A stretch of DNA of 64,000 nt from positions 3,763-67,762 of the forward strand of contig JBEKMZ010000014.1 in the NCBI GenBank assembly GCA_049523315.1, read 5' to 3'. The number at the start of each line of letters is the position of its first letter. Within the stretch, counting starts at the first letter, position 1. The notes beneath the pieces were generated by a model, which was not told the origin of the DNA, made no database searches, and worked only from the letters and a program-made list of their open reading frames with translations. The position numbers and the translations under genes were made by a program. Source of the DNA: Acidimicrobiales bacterium (lineage in GTDB: Bacteria > Actinomycetota > Acidimicrobiia > Acidimicrobiales > Bog-793). Shown in pieces: positions 55,428-63,787 of this stretch.

Positions 55428-56831
55428 TCAGCGCGGGGTCCCGTCGTCGCCTTCGTCGCCTTCGCGTCGACCCGGGCGGCCCTGGACCACGGCTCGGCGC
55501 ATCGAGACGTGGAACCCGGCCGCGACGGCACAGGTCACGCCGATCAGCACGTCTCCGGCCTGAAGCGAGAAGCCCACAACCACTGCCAACAGAGCGCAAA
55601 GCACCCAGACCAGCTGCAACTGCGTCTCGAAACGGGCGAACGCCCGCCCCAAAAGCGCCGGCGGGACGTTCTTTTGCGTGATCGAGTCGAAACACGGCTT
55701 TGCCGCCGTCGTAGCAAAGCCGATGGCGAGTGTGAGCACAGGCTGGGACCACAACGAGCCCTCGACCGCGACAAGGATGCCGGTCAGCGCGCAGAGCATC
55801 AGCGAGTACAAGATGAGCTGCTGCTCGGACACGTAGCGGCGCAGCACGGGCACGAGCAGCGATCCGAGGAGGGAGCCGATCGCGCTCGTGAGGAGCACGA
55901 ACCCGTACCACCAGGTGGCGGCGTGCAGATGGCGCAGCGCGAACGCCAGGAAAAACGTGAGGAATCCGACCGCCCCCCTGATCACCGACATCGCCGCGAG
56001 GCCGAGGACGACTTCGGGCGCATAGAGGGGAAGGCCGAGGCGCTTGCGCTCACGTGCGACGTCGATGCGCACCTGACGTTCCCGGTTGGGTGGCAGCTCA
56101 CCTGGGCCGCGCACAGGCGTGCCAGACGGGCCCTCGGTGGCTAGCGACGACGTCGGCGCCCCGCCCCCTGCCGCCGCGGACGCCGGCCTCGATCCGAGCA
56201 AGTCCACGCTTCTCGGCAGGCGCATGGCGGCCACGCCCCCGAGGATGAACACGACGAAGCCGAGGCGCAGCACCCAGGCTGCACCGAGCTGGAGGATCCC
56301 GACCGCCACCGGTGAGGTGACGAAGCCGGCGAGCGAGGCGAGGACGGTAAGCTTTGCGTTCGCGCTCGCGAGATCGTCCTCTGCCTCGGTCATCGATGGC
56401 ACGACCGCCGCCTTGGCGACGAGATACAGCTTGGAGAGCACGAGGACGCCGAAGGCCTCGGGGAACAGCCAGAGACCCCTTATGTCGCCGGCCATCAACA
56501 GGACCAGGATGGCGCTTCCGACCGACGCCACCGCCATGCTCGTGCGCCGGGCATAGCTGCCCCGGTCCAGCAACGGGCTCAAGGCGGGCGCCACGACGGC
56601 AAAAGGCGTGATCGTAAGGAGTAGGTAGAGCACTACCTTGCCCTTGGCGGCCTGCGGGCTGATGGTGAAGAACAGGGTCCCTGCGAGCGAGATCGTCACC
56701 AGGGTGGTGCCGATCGAGAAGATCGTGTGTATCAGGGCCAGGCGGCCGAAGGGCTCCGACTGGTCGAACAGGTCTCGGAGGGCGCTTCGAACAAGGCGGC
56801 TGAGGCGAGCCCAACGCGCGGAGCTGTCCAC
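55428..56831 (-). CDS. MFS transporter
   Basis: 467 aa with about 12 hydrophobic helices and a central Arg/Pro/Gly-rich loop. Substrate unknown. Confidence 0.75.
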   Translation of the reverse strand: MDSSARWARLSRLVRSALRDLFDQSEPFGRLALIHTIFSIGTTLVTISLAGTLFFTISPQAAKGKVVLYLLLTITPFAVVAPALSPLLDRGSYARRTSMAVASVGSAILVLLMAGDIRGLWLFPEAFGVLVLSKLYLVAKAAVVPSMTEAEDDLASANAKLTVLASLAGFVTSPVAVGILQLGAAWVLRLGFVVFILGGVAAMRLPRSVDLLGSRPASAAAGGGAPTSSLATEGPSGTPVRGPGELPPNRERQVRIDVARERKRLGLPLYAPEVVLGLAAMSVIRGAVGFLTFFLAFALRHLHAATWWYGFVLLTSAIGSLLGSLLVPVLRRYVSEQQLILYSLMLCALTGILVAVEGSLWSQPVLTLAIGFATTAAKPCFDSITQKNVPPALLGRAFARFETQLQLVWVLCALLAVVVGFSLQAGDVLIGVTCAVAAGFHVSMRRAVVQGRPGRREGDEGDDGTPR

Positions 56832-56910
56832 GTCGTCATGGTACGTGCCGGTGCATCGCTTCCGGTTCCCCCGCTACGATTCGGCAGACCGAGGATGAGG
56901 AGGTCACCCA

Positions 56911-57147
56911 GTGGGAGTTCGGGCCTACGTGCTGATCCAGACAGAAGTTGGCAAGGCTGCCACGGTCGCAAAACAGGTGGCAGAGATCTCGGGGGTGGTG
57001 CGGGCCGAGGATGTGACCGGCCCCTACGACGTCATCGCCGAGGCGGAGGCCGAGACGGTCGACGATCTCGGCCGGATCATCGTCAGCAGGGTCCAGCTCA
57101 TCGAGGGCATCACCCGGACCTTGACCTGCCCAGTGCTCAACCTCTAG
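56911..57147 (+). CDS. stand-alone Lrp/AsnC ligand-binding (RAM) domain protein
   Basis: 78 aa. VRAYVLIQTEVGKAATVAKQVAEISGVVRAEDVTGPYDVIAEAEAETVDDLGRIIVSRVQLIEGITRTLT. Confidence 0.8.
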   Translation: MGVRAYVLIQTEVGKAATVAKQVAEISGVVRAEDVTGPYDVIAEAEAETVDDLGRIIVSRVQLIEGITRTLTCPVLNL

Positions 57148-57164
57148 GAAGACCCCGGCCCTCC

Positions 57165-57932
57165 CTAGAGGGCGGTGCTCTCCTCGCGGTAAGCCACATA
57201 GCCGGTCCGCTCCAGCTCCTCGGCGAGCTCGGGGCCGCCGCTCGCGACGATACGACCCTCGGAAAGCACGTGGACATGCTGCGCGGGCAGCTCGGCGAGC
57301 AGGCGCCGGTAGTGGGTGATCGCGATCACGCCGAGAGGCGGGTCGCCCTCACGTGTCGCCCTTTCGATTCGTCTCGCCACACGCCCGAGAGCGTCGACGT
57401 CGAGGCCGGAGTCGAGCTCGTCGAGCACCGCGATCCTCGGGCGCAAGATCGCGAGCTGAAGGGTCTCGTTCCGCTTCGCCTCGCCGCCGGAGAGGTCGAC
57501 GTTCATTGCCCTCGCCATGATCTCGGGCGAGATCCCGAGCTCGGTGGCCTCCTCAGAAAGGCGCGCCTCTAGGAGCGCCGATTCGGCCTCCGCGCCGCGC
57601 CCGGCTGCGACGAGCGACTCGGCGAGCACCGACGCGATGGCCACGCCGGGCACCTCGATCGGGTACTGGAACGTGAGGAACAGGCCCGCCTGGGCACGCT
57701 GGAAAGGCTCGAGGCCCAGAAGCTCGACGCCGTCGAGGCTCACGCTTCCGGCCGTCGCCTCGTAGCCGGGCCGGCCCATCAAGACGTGCGCGAGGGTGCT
57801 CTTGCCCGACCCGTTCGGGCCCATGACGGCGTGAATCTCGCCGCTTCGCACCTCGAGGTCGATCCCGCGCAGGATCGAGCGGGAGTCGACGCCTGCGTGC
57901 AGCCCTGAGATCTTGAGCACGCTGGTTCTCAT
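57165..57932 (-). CDS. sufC: Fe-S cluster assembly ATPase SufC
   Basis: Walker A (VMGPNGSGKSTLAHVLMG), the ABC signature (LSGGEAKRNETLQL) and Walker B (IAVLDELDSGLD). Confidence 0.95.
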   Translation of the reverse strand: MRTSVLKISGLHAGVDSRSILRGIDLEVRSGEIHAVMGPNGSGKSTLAHVLMGRPGYEATAGSVSLDGVELLGLEPFQRAQAGLFLTFQYPIEVPGVAIASVLAESLVAAGRGAEAESALLEARLSEEATELGISPEIMARAMNVDLSGGEAKRNETLQLAILRPRIAVLDELDSGLDVDALGRVARRIERATREGDPPLGVIAITHYRRLLAELPAQHVHVLSEGRIVASGGPELAEELERTGYVAYREESTAL

Positions 57933-58240
57933 GAGATCACCACGAAGACGTCTTCGCCTTCCACCTCGACGGGCACGACCCTTACCGGCTGGGTGGCGGG
58001 CAAGCTCTGGGGCGAGCCGTCAAAGAGCGAGAAGGTGCTGCCGTGGCGGAGGCACTCGATCTCGCACAGGTCCGCGATGACCTCGCCTTCCGAGAGGGGG
58101 TAGTCCTCATGGCTGCAGATGTCGACGACGGCCCTGAAGCCACTGTCACAGTGAACGAGCGCTATCGGCCCTTGCTCGGTATCGAAGCGCCGGACCTGTC
58201 CCAGCGCGAGCTCGCTGGAGGCGCACAACCGGACCCTCAC
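57929..58240 (-). CDS. Rieske [2Fe-2S] ferredoxin-like protein embedded in the suf operon
   Basis: Trimmed to the GTG at 58240, which overlaps the sufD stop as GTGA. CSHEDYPLSEG...CLRHGSTFSL gives C-x-H ... C-x2-H. ATGA overlap with the sufC start. Confidence 0.85.
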   Translation of the reverse strand: MRVRLCASSELALGQVRRFDTEQGPIALVHCDSGFRAVVDICSHEDYPLSEGEVIADLCEIECLRHGSTFSLFDGSPQSLPATQPVRVVPVEVEGEDVFVVIS

Positions 58241-59595
58241 CTTCTCACGGCCCCTGCGACACCGTCGAGGCGCGCCGCGACAACGGCGGACAAATAGGAG
58301 CGGATGCCGGGCACCGTGATGCGGGCCCACAGGTCCTCGAAGAAGCCGAGAAGGATCAACCTGTCGGCGATTGCGGAAGGCACGCCCCGTGCCTCGAGGT
58401 AAAAACGCTGCTCGCGATCGATCGGGCCCACCGCCGATGCGTGCGAGCATCTGACGTCATTCTCCTCGATGTCTAGGTTTGGGACCGAGTCCGCGTGCGC
58501 ACCCTCGCTGAGCACGAGGTTCCGGTTCGTCTGGAAGGCGTCCGCGCCCTTTGCCCCGTGCCGCATCCGGATTAGCCCGGAGTACACCGAGCGTGCCGTG
58601 CCCGCGACGGCACCTTTGAACACGAGGTCGCTCTTGGTGCGCGGTGCCGCGTGCTCCTGCAGGGTGTGAAAGTCGTGTACCTGGGCGCCGTCGGCCAGGT
58701 AGGCGGCCAGGAGCTGGGCGCTCCCGCCTTGGCCGGCGAGGACCGACTCGGTGCGAAAGCGGGCGTACTCTCCGCCGAGCGAGGCCGTGAAGGTTCGGAC
58801 GGTTGTGTCGCGGCCTGCCCGGATCCGCTGATGGGCGAGCTGCCATGCCCGCCCGCCGAGCTGCTGGATGGTGTTGTAGGACAGGACCGCCCCGTCCCCC
58901 ACGACGATGTCGAGCACCGGCACGACGAGAAGAGGGTCCTCGCCGGAGACGAACAGCTCGATCACGGTCGCCTCGGCCGCCTCGCCGATCTCTATCACCG
59001 TGCGCTCGAAGCTGGCCTGCGCGAGCGCTGTTGCCTGGCGCGTCCCGAGCAGGTGCACGATGACTATCGGGTCGTCGATGCGCGCCCGGTCGGGGACGGA
59101 CAGCACGAGGGCGTCACGCAAGAAGGCGTCCGCGAGATGGTCGAAGGCGTCGGGCTCGTGCTCTTCCTTGCCGGTCTCGCGATTCAGCTCGCTCACCTGG
59201 TCCAAGATCTCGGCGCCGCGCGCGTCGCCGAGGACACTGCGCATCACGGCGCCGGCCGCGGACGCGGCGGCGGAGAGCTCGCAGGAGACCGGGACCCCGT
59301 CTACGACCACGGCCAGGCCCGAGAGCCGGCCAATCTGGTCGAGAAGGGCAGCCGACTCCGGCCAGGAGTCGGCCTCGAGCACCGGGGACAGCCCGGAGAC
59401 GGCGTCCGAGCCGCTCGGCACGAACCTGTCTAGGTCGAGCTCCGTGATCGGGCTGTAGCGCCAGAGCTCCTCGTCCAGCGCGGGAGGCGGGCTTGCGACG
59501 AACCGTTCCAGCGCCTCGAGGCGTCGCTCGGCGAGCCACTTTGGGCCACCGAATCTCTGCGCGACCTCAGGGGAGAAAGAGACAGGTAACTGCAT
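58237..59595 (-). CDS. sufD: Fe-S cluster assembly protein SufD
   Basis: Trimmed to the ATG at 59595 (MQLPVSFSPEVAQRFGGPKWLAERRLEALERF...). C-terminal SufBD beta-helix region (FQTNRNLVLSEGAHADSVPNLDIEENDVRCSHASAVGPID). Confidence 0.9.
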   Translation of the reverse strand: MQLPVSFSPEVAQRFGGPKWLAERRLEALERFVASPPPALDEELWRYSPITELDLDRFVPSGSDAVSGLSPVLEADSWPESAALLDQIGRLSGLAVVVDGVPVSCELSAAASAAGAVMRSVLGDARGAEILDQVSELNRETGKEEHEPDAFDHLADAFLRDALVLSVPDRARIDDPIVIVHLLGTRQATALAQASFERTVIEIGEAAEATVIELFVSGEDPLLVVPVLDIVVGDGAVLSYNTIQQLGGRAWQLAHQRIRAGRDTTVRTFTASLGGEYARFRTESVLAGQGGSAQLLAAYLADGAQVHDFHTLQEHAAPRTKSDLVFKGAVAGTARSVYSGLIRMRHGAKGADAFQTNRNLVLSEGAHADSVPNLDIEENDVRCSHASAVGPIDREQRFYLEARGVPSAIADRLILLGFFEDLWARITVPGIRSYLSAVVAARLDGVAGAVRR

Positions 59596-59620
59596 CGTGA
59601 TCAGGCAGGACGATACGGCG

Positions 59621-60010
59621 CTAGTGGCCCGGCGGAGCGGGTGGAGGAGAGCCCCTGCGCTTGAGCCAGCCGAGGGGGCCGCTGCCACCCGAGCGCCTCT
59701 CCTCCTTGCGCTCGCGTTTTTGGGCTTCCTCGATCGCGTCCGGGGCGATCGCCGAGACGATCTCCTCGGCGTCCTCTAACAGGTCGGCTGCGTCTGCCGC
59801 GGGGACATCGGTCGGCTCGGGCTCAAGAGCGGGCTCGGAGATCTTGCCCTGGGTCCAGCCCGCGTCCGCGAGGCGGCGCTCATAAACAGGGCAGTTCTCG
59901 GGGCAACGCCAGGGCGCATCCGGCGCCATGTCGAGGACGCAGAAGCGCGCCACCTCACCGCTCGAATAAGTGCGGCTCTGGTAGTGGCGGCAGTCCTCCC
60001 GCATCGGCAT
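59621..60010 (-). CDS. hypothetical 4-Cys protein inserted between sufB and sufD
   Basis: 129 aa. MPMREDCRHYQSRTYSSGEVARFCVLDMAPDAPWRCPENCPVYERR (C7, C24, C36, C40, ending in a ferredoxin-like C-x3-C-P), then an acidic segment followed by a basic tail. Normal codon and composition pattern. Confidence 0.55.
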   Translation of the reverse strand: MPMREDCRHYQSRTYSSGEVARFCVLDMAPDAPWRCPENCPVYERRLADAGWTQGKISEPALEPEPTDVPAADAADLLEDAEEIVSAIAPDAIEEAQKRERKEERRSGGSGPLGWLKRRGSPPPAPPGH

Positions 60011-60097
60011 GACGATTGACGCTAGTTCGCGCTGGGCCGCGAGGCGCGGGCAGGCCGTAGAGGGCCCTCCGATCGACGACAGCTGCTCACGGGGCGC

Positions 60098-61498
60098 TCA
60101 GCCGACCGAGCCGTCCATCTGCAGCTCGATGAGGCGGCTCCACTCGACCGCGTACTCCATCGGGAGCGTGCGGGTGATCGGCTCGATGAAGCCGTTCACG
60201 ATCATGCCCATGGCCTGGGTCTCGCTCAGGCCGCGGCTCATCAGGTAGAAGAGCTGGTCGTCACCGATCTTGGAGACCGTCGCCTCGTGACCGATCTCGG
60301 CGTCGCGCTCGGAGACCTCCATGTAGGGCCTCGTCTCCGAGATCGACTTCTCGTCGAGGATGAGGGCATCGCAACGCACGAACGACTTTGCCCTACGGGC
60401 TCCCTCGTCGACATGAACCTTCCCGCGGTAAGCGGCGAGGCCGCCGTCTTTCGAGATCGACTTCGAGACGATCGTCGAGCTGGTCTCGGAGGCGCAATGG
60501 TACATCTTCGCCCCGGTGTCGAGGATCTGGCCCGCTCCGGCGTAGGCGACCGAGAGAACCTCACCGGAGGCCTTCGGACCCATCAGGTAGACCGAGGGGT
60601 ACTTCATGGTGAGCCGCGAGCCGATGTTGCCGTCGATCCACTCGACGTGAGCCTCGGCCTCGGCGCGGGCGCGCTTTGTGACGAGGTTGTAGACGTTCGT
60701 GGACCAGTTCTGGATCGTCGTGTAGGTGATCCGGCTCCCCGGGAGCGCCACGAGCTCGACGACAGCTGAGTGCAGGGAGTCCGAGGAGTAGACCGGCGCC
60801 GAGCAGCCCTCGACGTAGTGCACCTGGGCACCTTCGTCCGCGATGATCAGTGTCCGCTCGAACTGGCCCATGTTCTCGGCGTTTATCCGGAAATAGGCCT
60901 GGAGCGGCATGTCCACGGTCACGCCCGGCGGGACGTAGATGAAAGAGCCGCCCGACCAGACCGCCGAGTTGAGGGCAGCGAACTTGTTGTCCCCTGGAGG
61001 GATGATCTTGCCGAACCACTTGCGGACTATCTCCGGGTGCTCACGCACCGCGGTGTCCATGTCGGTGAACAGCACGCCCATGGACTCGAGATCCTCACGG
61101 TTGCGGTGGTAGACGACCTCGGACTCGTACTGAGCCGTCACACCGGCGAGGTACTTGCGCTCGGCTTGGGGGATGCCGAGCTTGTCCCAGGTGTTCTTGA
61201 CAGACTCGGGCAGCTTGTCCCAGTCGTTGACCTGCGCGTCGGTGGGCTTGATGTAATAGAAGATGTCGTCGAAATCCAGGTCGGGCATCTTCTCGGCGAA
61301 CCAGCGCATCATTGGTTTGCGCTCGAAGCGCCGCAGGGCGGCGAGGCGGAACTCGAGCATCCAGCTCGGCTCTCGCTTCATGGCCGACATCTCCCGGACG
61401 ATCTCCTCTGAGAGCCCCTTGCGCGGCTTGAAGACGTAGTCCTCGACATCGCTCCAGCCGAGCTGGTACTTGCCGAGATCGAGCTCCGTTACGGCCAT
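60098..61498 (-). CDS. sufB: Fe-S cluster assembly protein SufB
   Basis: Trimmed to the ATG at 61498 (MAVTELDLGKYQLGWSDVEDYVFKPRKGLSEEIV...). About 466 aa with no intein. Highly conserved SufB C-terminus (...GFIEPITRTLPMEYAVEWSRLIELQMDGSVG). Confidence 0.96.
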   Translation of the reverse strand: MAVTELDLGKYQLGWSDVEDYVFKPRKGLSEEIVREMSAMKREPSWMLEFRLAALRRFERKPMMRWFAEKMPDLDFDDIFYYIKPTDAQVNDWDKLPESVKNTWDKLGIPQAERKYLAGVTAQYESEVVYHRNREDLESMGVLFTDMDTAVREHPEIVRKWFGKIIPPGDNKFAALNSAVWSGGSFIYVPPGVTVDMPLQAYFRINAENMGQFERTLIIADEGAQVHYVEGCSAPVYSSDSLHSAVVELVALPGSRITYTTIQNWSTNVYNLVTKRARAEAEAHVEWIDGNIGSRLTMKYPSVYLMGPKASGEVLSVAYAGAGQILDTGAKMYHCASETSSTIVSKSISKDGGLAAYRGKVHVDEGARRAKSFVRCDALILDEKSISETRPYMEVSERDAEIGHEATVSKIGDDQLFYLMSRGLSETQAMGMIVNGFIEPITRTLPMEYAVEWSRLIELQMDGSVG

Positions 61499-61590
61499 AA
61501 GGCATTCCTCTCGAGGCGAGTTTCTCCTACGCACATAGTAACAACTCCGGTGCGTCGGTCCTACGGCGCGCCGCTCCGCCACGCCGGGCC

Positions 61591-61624
61591 GGGCACGGCT
61601 TCGGCCGAGACCGGGGCCGTGCCC
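61591..61624 (-). terminator. GC-rich hairpin downstream of the DUF4115 gene / upstream of sufB
   Basis: gggcacggc (61591-61599) pairs with gccgtgccc (61616-61624). No U-tract, as is common in high-GC genomes. Confidence 0.3.
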
Positions 61625-61639
61625 CCGCCTGGGGGCGTC

Positions 61640-61673
61640 TCAGGTCGAGGCGGGCGTCAGGTCGAGGCGGGCG
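61640..61673. repeat. perfect 17-bp tandem duplication (tcaggtcgaggcgggcg x2)
   Basis: Read directly from the sequence. The second copy contains the stop codon and last codons of the 61657..62694 gene, and the first copy lies just 3' of the stop. Confidence 0.8.
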
Positions 61674-62694
61674 TCAGATCGACGCTATATGCCTGCTTGT
61701 ACCCGCTCGGCAACTCGGCTGTCAGCCCGTCCACGCTGAAGCCTATGTAAGGCGGGGCACCGAGGGTGACTATGAGGGCGCCGGATCCTTTGAACGTCGC
61801 CGACTGTCCGGAGTTCAGAGTCTGGGAGAAGAGCCATGGTCCCGCCGAGCTGTGCTCGATCCCGACCCAGCAGGCCCCCCCGGTCGCCTGGAATGAAAGG
61901 GTGTAGCCCCTCGACGGCACGCTGAAGGTGACCGGCGCCACCGACGTGGGCTTGAGCGTCGTCGCAAGTGTCGTGGTGGTGGTCGTGGTCGTGGTCCGGC
62001 CCCCGCCCGAGTGCTGACCGGTCGCGGTCGTGGTCGTGGTGGTGCTGGTTGACGACGTCCCACGATGTCCGCCGCTGCTGCTCAGATAGATCGACGCGAC
62101 AATGACCGCCACGAGGGCGGCGGCCGCGGCCGCGCCAGTCGCGACCCGCCTCGTCATCACTTGGCGGCGATGCTCAGCCACAGAGTTGTAGGTGGTCCGA
62201 TGTCCCCGTCCACCACCGCTGCCTGGTACCCGGGCGTGAGCGGATGGAAGACGCGCGCCGACCCCGGCCGGCGGCGCCTCGGCCGGGGTCGCTTCGGCGT
62301 CTCGCTCTCGGCTGTCACCAGCCTCTTGCGCCGGGCCGGTGGCCGGCGTGTGCCCCGGCCCCGAAAAGCGAAGCTTGGGCTCGCCGGCAGGCGGCAGGCG
62401 CCGGGGTGCCTGCGGGGGCTGCACGGGCCGGGGTCGTGTCACGGCCTCCACGCCCGGCACGGCCGCGGCGCTGTTGGGATCGACGTACCCGCCTACGTGG
62501 GGACGGCCGGTCTGCTCGTGGGGAAGGATACGAAAGCCGGTGTGTTCGGTGCGCTTGGAGACCTCGCCGAGCACGCCGAGGGCGTGTTCATAGGTCTCCA
62601 CCGACTTGTTCTCGGATCTGGCGGCACTCACGCGGGCCCAGATGATCGCGGCGACGACGAGCACCGCGAGAACGATGATGACGACTTCTATCAC
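61657..62694 (-). CDS. bitopic/two-TM membrane protein with poly-Thr linkers and a C-terminal DUF4115 (RodZ C-terminal-like) domain
   Basis: N-terminal TM helix (MIEVVIIVLAVLVVAAIIWA), a Pro/Ala/Arg-rich region, a second TM helix (AAAAAALVAVIVASIYL), Thr runs (TSSTSTTTTTTAT, RTTTTTTTTTL), then PVTFSVPSRGYTLSFQATGGACWVGIEHSSAGPWLFSQTLNSGQSATFKGSGALIVTLGAPPYIGFSVDG. Confidence 0.65.
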   Translation of the reverse strand: MIEVVIIVLAVLVVAAIIWARVSAARSENKSVETYEHALGVLGEVSKRTEHTGFRILPHEQTGRPHVGGYVDPNSAAAVPGVEAVTRPRPVQPPQAPRRLPPAGEPKLRFSGPGHTPATGPAQEAGDSRERDAEATPAEAPPAGVGARLPSAHARVPGSGGGRGHRTTYNSVAEHRRQVMTRRVATGAAAAAALVAVIVASIYLSSSGGHRGTSSTSTTTTTTATGQHSGGGRTTTTTTTTTLATTLKPTSVAPVTFSVPSRGYTLSFQATGGACWVGIEHSSAGPWLFSQTLNSGQSATFKGSGALIVTLGAPPYIGFSVDGLTAELPSGYKQAYSVDLTPAST

Positions 62695-62774
62695 GACCCG
62701 CAGCTCCTCGAATGACTACCTGTGGCCCCATTCAAGCCGAATGCCGAGTTCATGGCATCGCGGCCTGCAGGCCC

Positions 62775-63326
62775 TCAGGCCCTCAGGCCGTAGCGGGGCC
62801 GGAGGTGTTCGGGGATCTCCCCGCGCCTGGGGTTCGCCTGGTCGCGCGCAGACACGACGGGGTCGGTCACGCCCCAGTCCGCTTTAAGCTCGGGATCGTC
62901 CCAGGTCACGCCGAGCTCATCGGCGGGGTTGTAGTAGGAGTCCACGAGGTACGTGAGCGTCAGGTCGGTGACGGCCGCGAAACCGTGCCCGACTCCTGGG
63001 GGTATGAACACCCCGCGATCGTCATGATCACCGATCTCGAGGACCTCGGTGGCGCCGTCGCTCGGCGAGCCGATCCTCAGATCGTGCAGCACGACTCGAG
63101 CGCGACCCCTGGTGACGTACCAGTAGTCGGCCTGGTGGAAGTGGTAGTGAAGCCCGACGAGGGCACCCTGCTGGCGGTCGGAGCGGTTCCCCTGGACCAT
63201 CTCGCGCCCGAGCGGGAACCAGCTGCGCCGGTAGGTCTCGATGAAACGTCCGCGGCTGTCGCCGAAAACGTCCGGGGTGACGATCATGACGTCCGCTATC
63301 ACCGCCGAGGCATCAACTTTCGTCAA
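62775..63326 (-). CDS. rmlC: dTDP-4-dehydrorhamnose 3,5-epimerase
   Basis: Trimmed to the TTG at 63326, which is preceded by AAAGGAGGA and overlaps the upstream stop as TTGA. FGDSRGRFIETY, GLHYHFHQADYWYV and GVGHGFAAV (RmlC cupin motifs). Confidence 0.9.
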   Translation of the reverse strand: MTKVDASAVIADVMIVTPDVFGDSRGRFIETYRRSWFPLGREMVQGNRSDRQQGALVGLHYHFHQADYWYVTRGRARVVLHDLRIGSPSDGATEVLEIGDHDDRGVFIPPGVGHGFAAVTDLTLTYLVDSYYNPADELGVTWDDPELKADWGVTDPVVSARDQANPRRGEIPEHLRPRYGLRA

Positions 63327-63724
63327 CGGTCGTCCTCCTTTTCTAGTGCGCCCTCTGAAGAGGGCGGCTTGTGCTCGGGAAGTGAGTCCCGCTTCCACGC
63401 GATGGGCTTGTGCCTGAAGCTGCAGACCTCCGTGGCGTGCTCTTCGACCGTTACCACTCTTTGCTCGGGCTCAGACATGGATTCGAGCGCATAGAGGACG
63501 CCCTTGTTCGTGTAGATCGTGTCCTTGTGCCAGCTTGGCTTGGAGTGGAAGGGCGACTCGACCTCGAGGTTCGCTGTCGCCGAGCCCAAGGCGCCGGGCA
63601 CGCTCATGGCGAACGCCGGTTTGTAGACGAATGCCCGGACGACGTTGGCGTTGTGGACGGTCTCCAGCCCGGCGCAAAAGGGTGCAGGTTGAGCCGATGG
63701 TGTTTCATTGTCGGCGCGCAGCAC
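63323..63724 (-). CDS. hypothetical protein, translationally coupled to rmlC
   Basis: 133-aa ORF with non-junk composition (FVYKPAFAMSVPGALGSATANLEVESPFHSKPSWHKDTIYTNKGVLYALES...). It carries the rmlC Shine-Dalgarno sequence in its last codons. No domain recognised. GC looks locally lower. Confidence 0.4.
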   Translation of the reverse strand: MLRADNETPSAQPAPFCAGLETVHNANVVRAFVYKPAFAMSVPGALGSATANLEVESPFHSKPSWHKDTIYTNKGVLYALESMSEPEQRVVTVEEHATEVCSFRHKPIAWKRDSLPEHKPPSSEGALEKEDDR

Positions 63725-63787
63725 ATAGTTGGAGGTCGCCCACTACAAGGTCCTCGAAGGCCCTGCCGAAGGGCCTCTCATGGGTGG

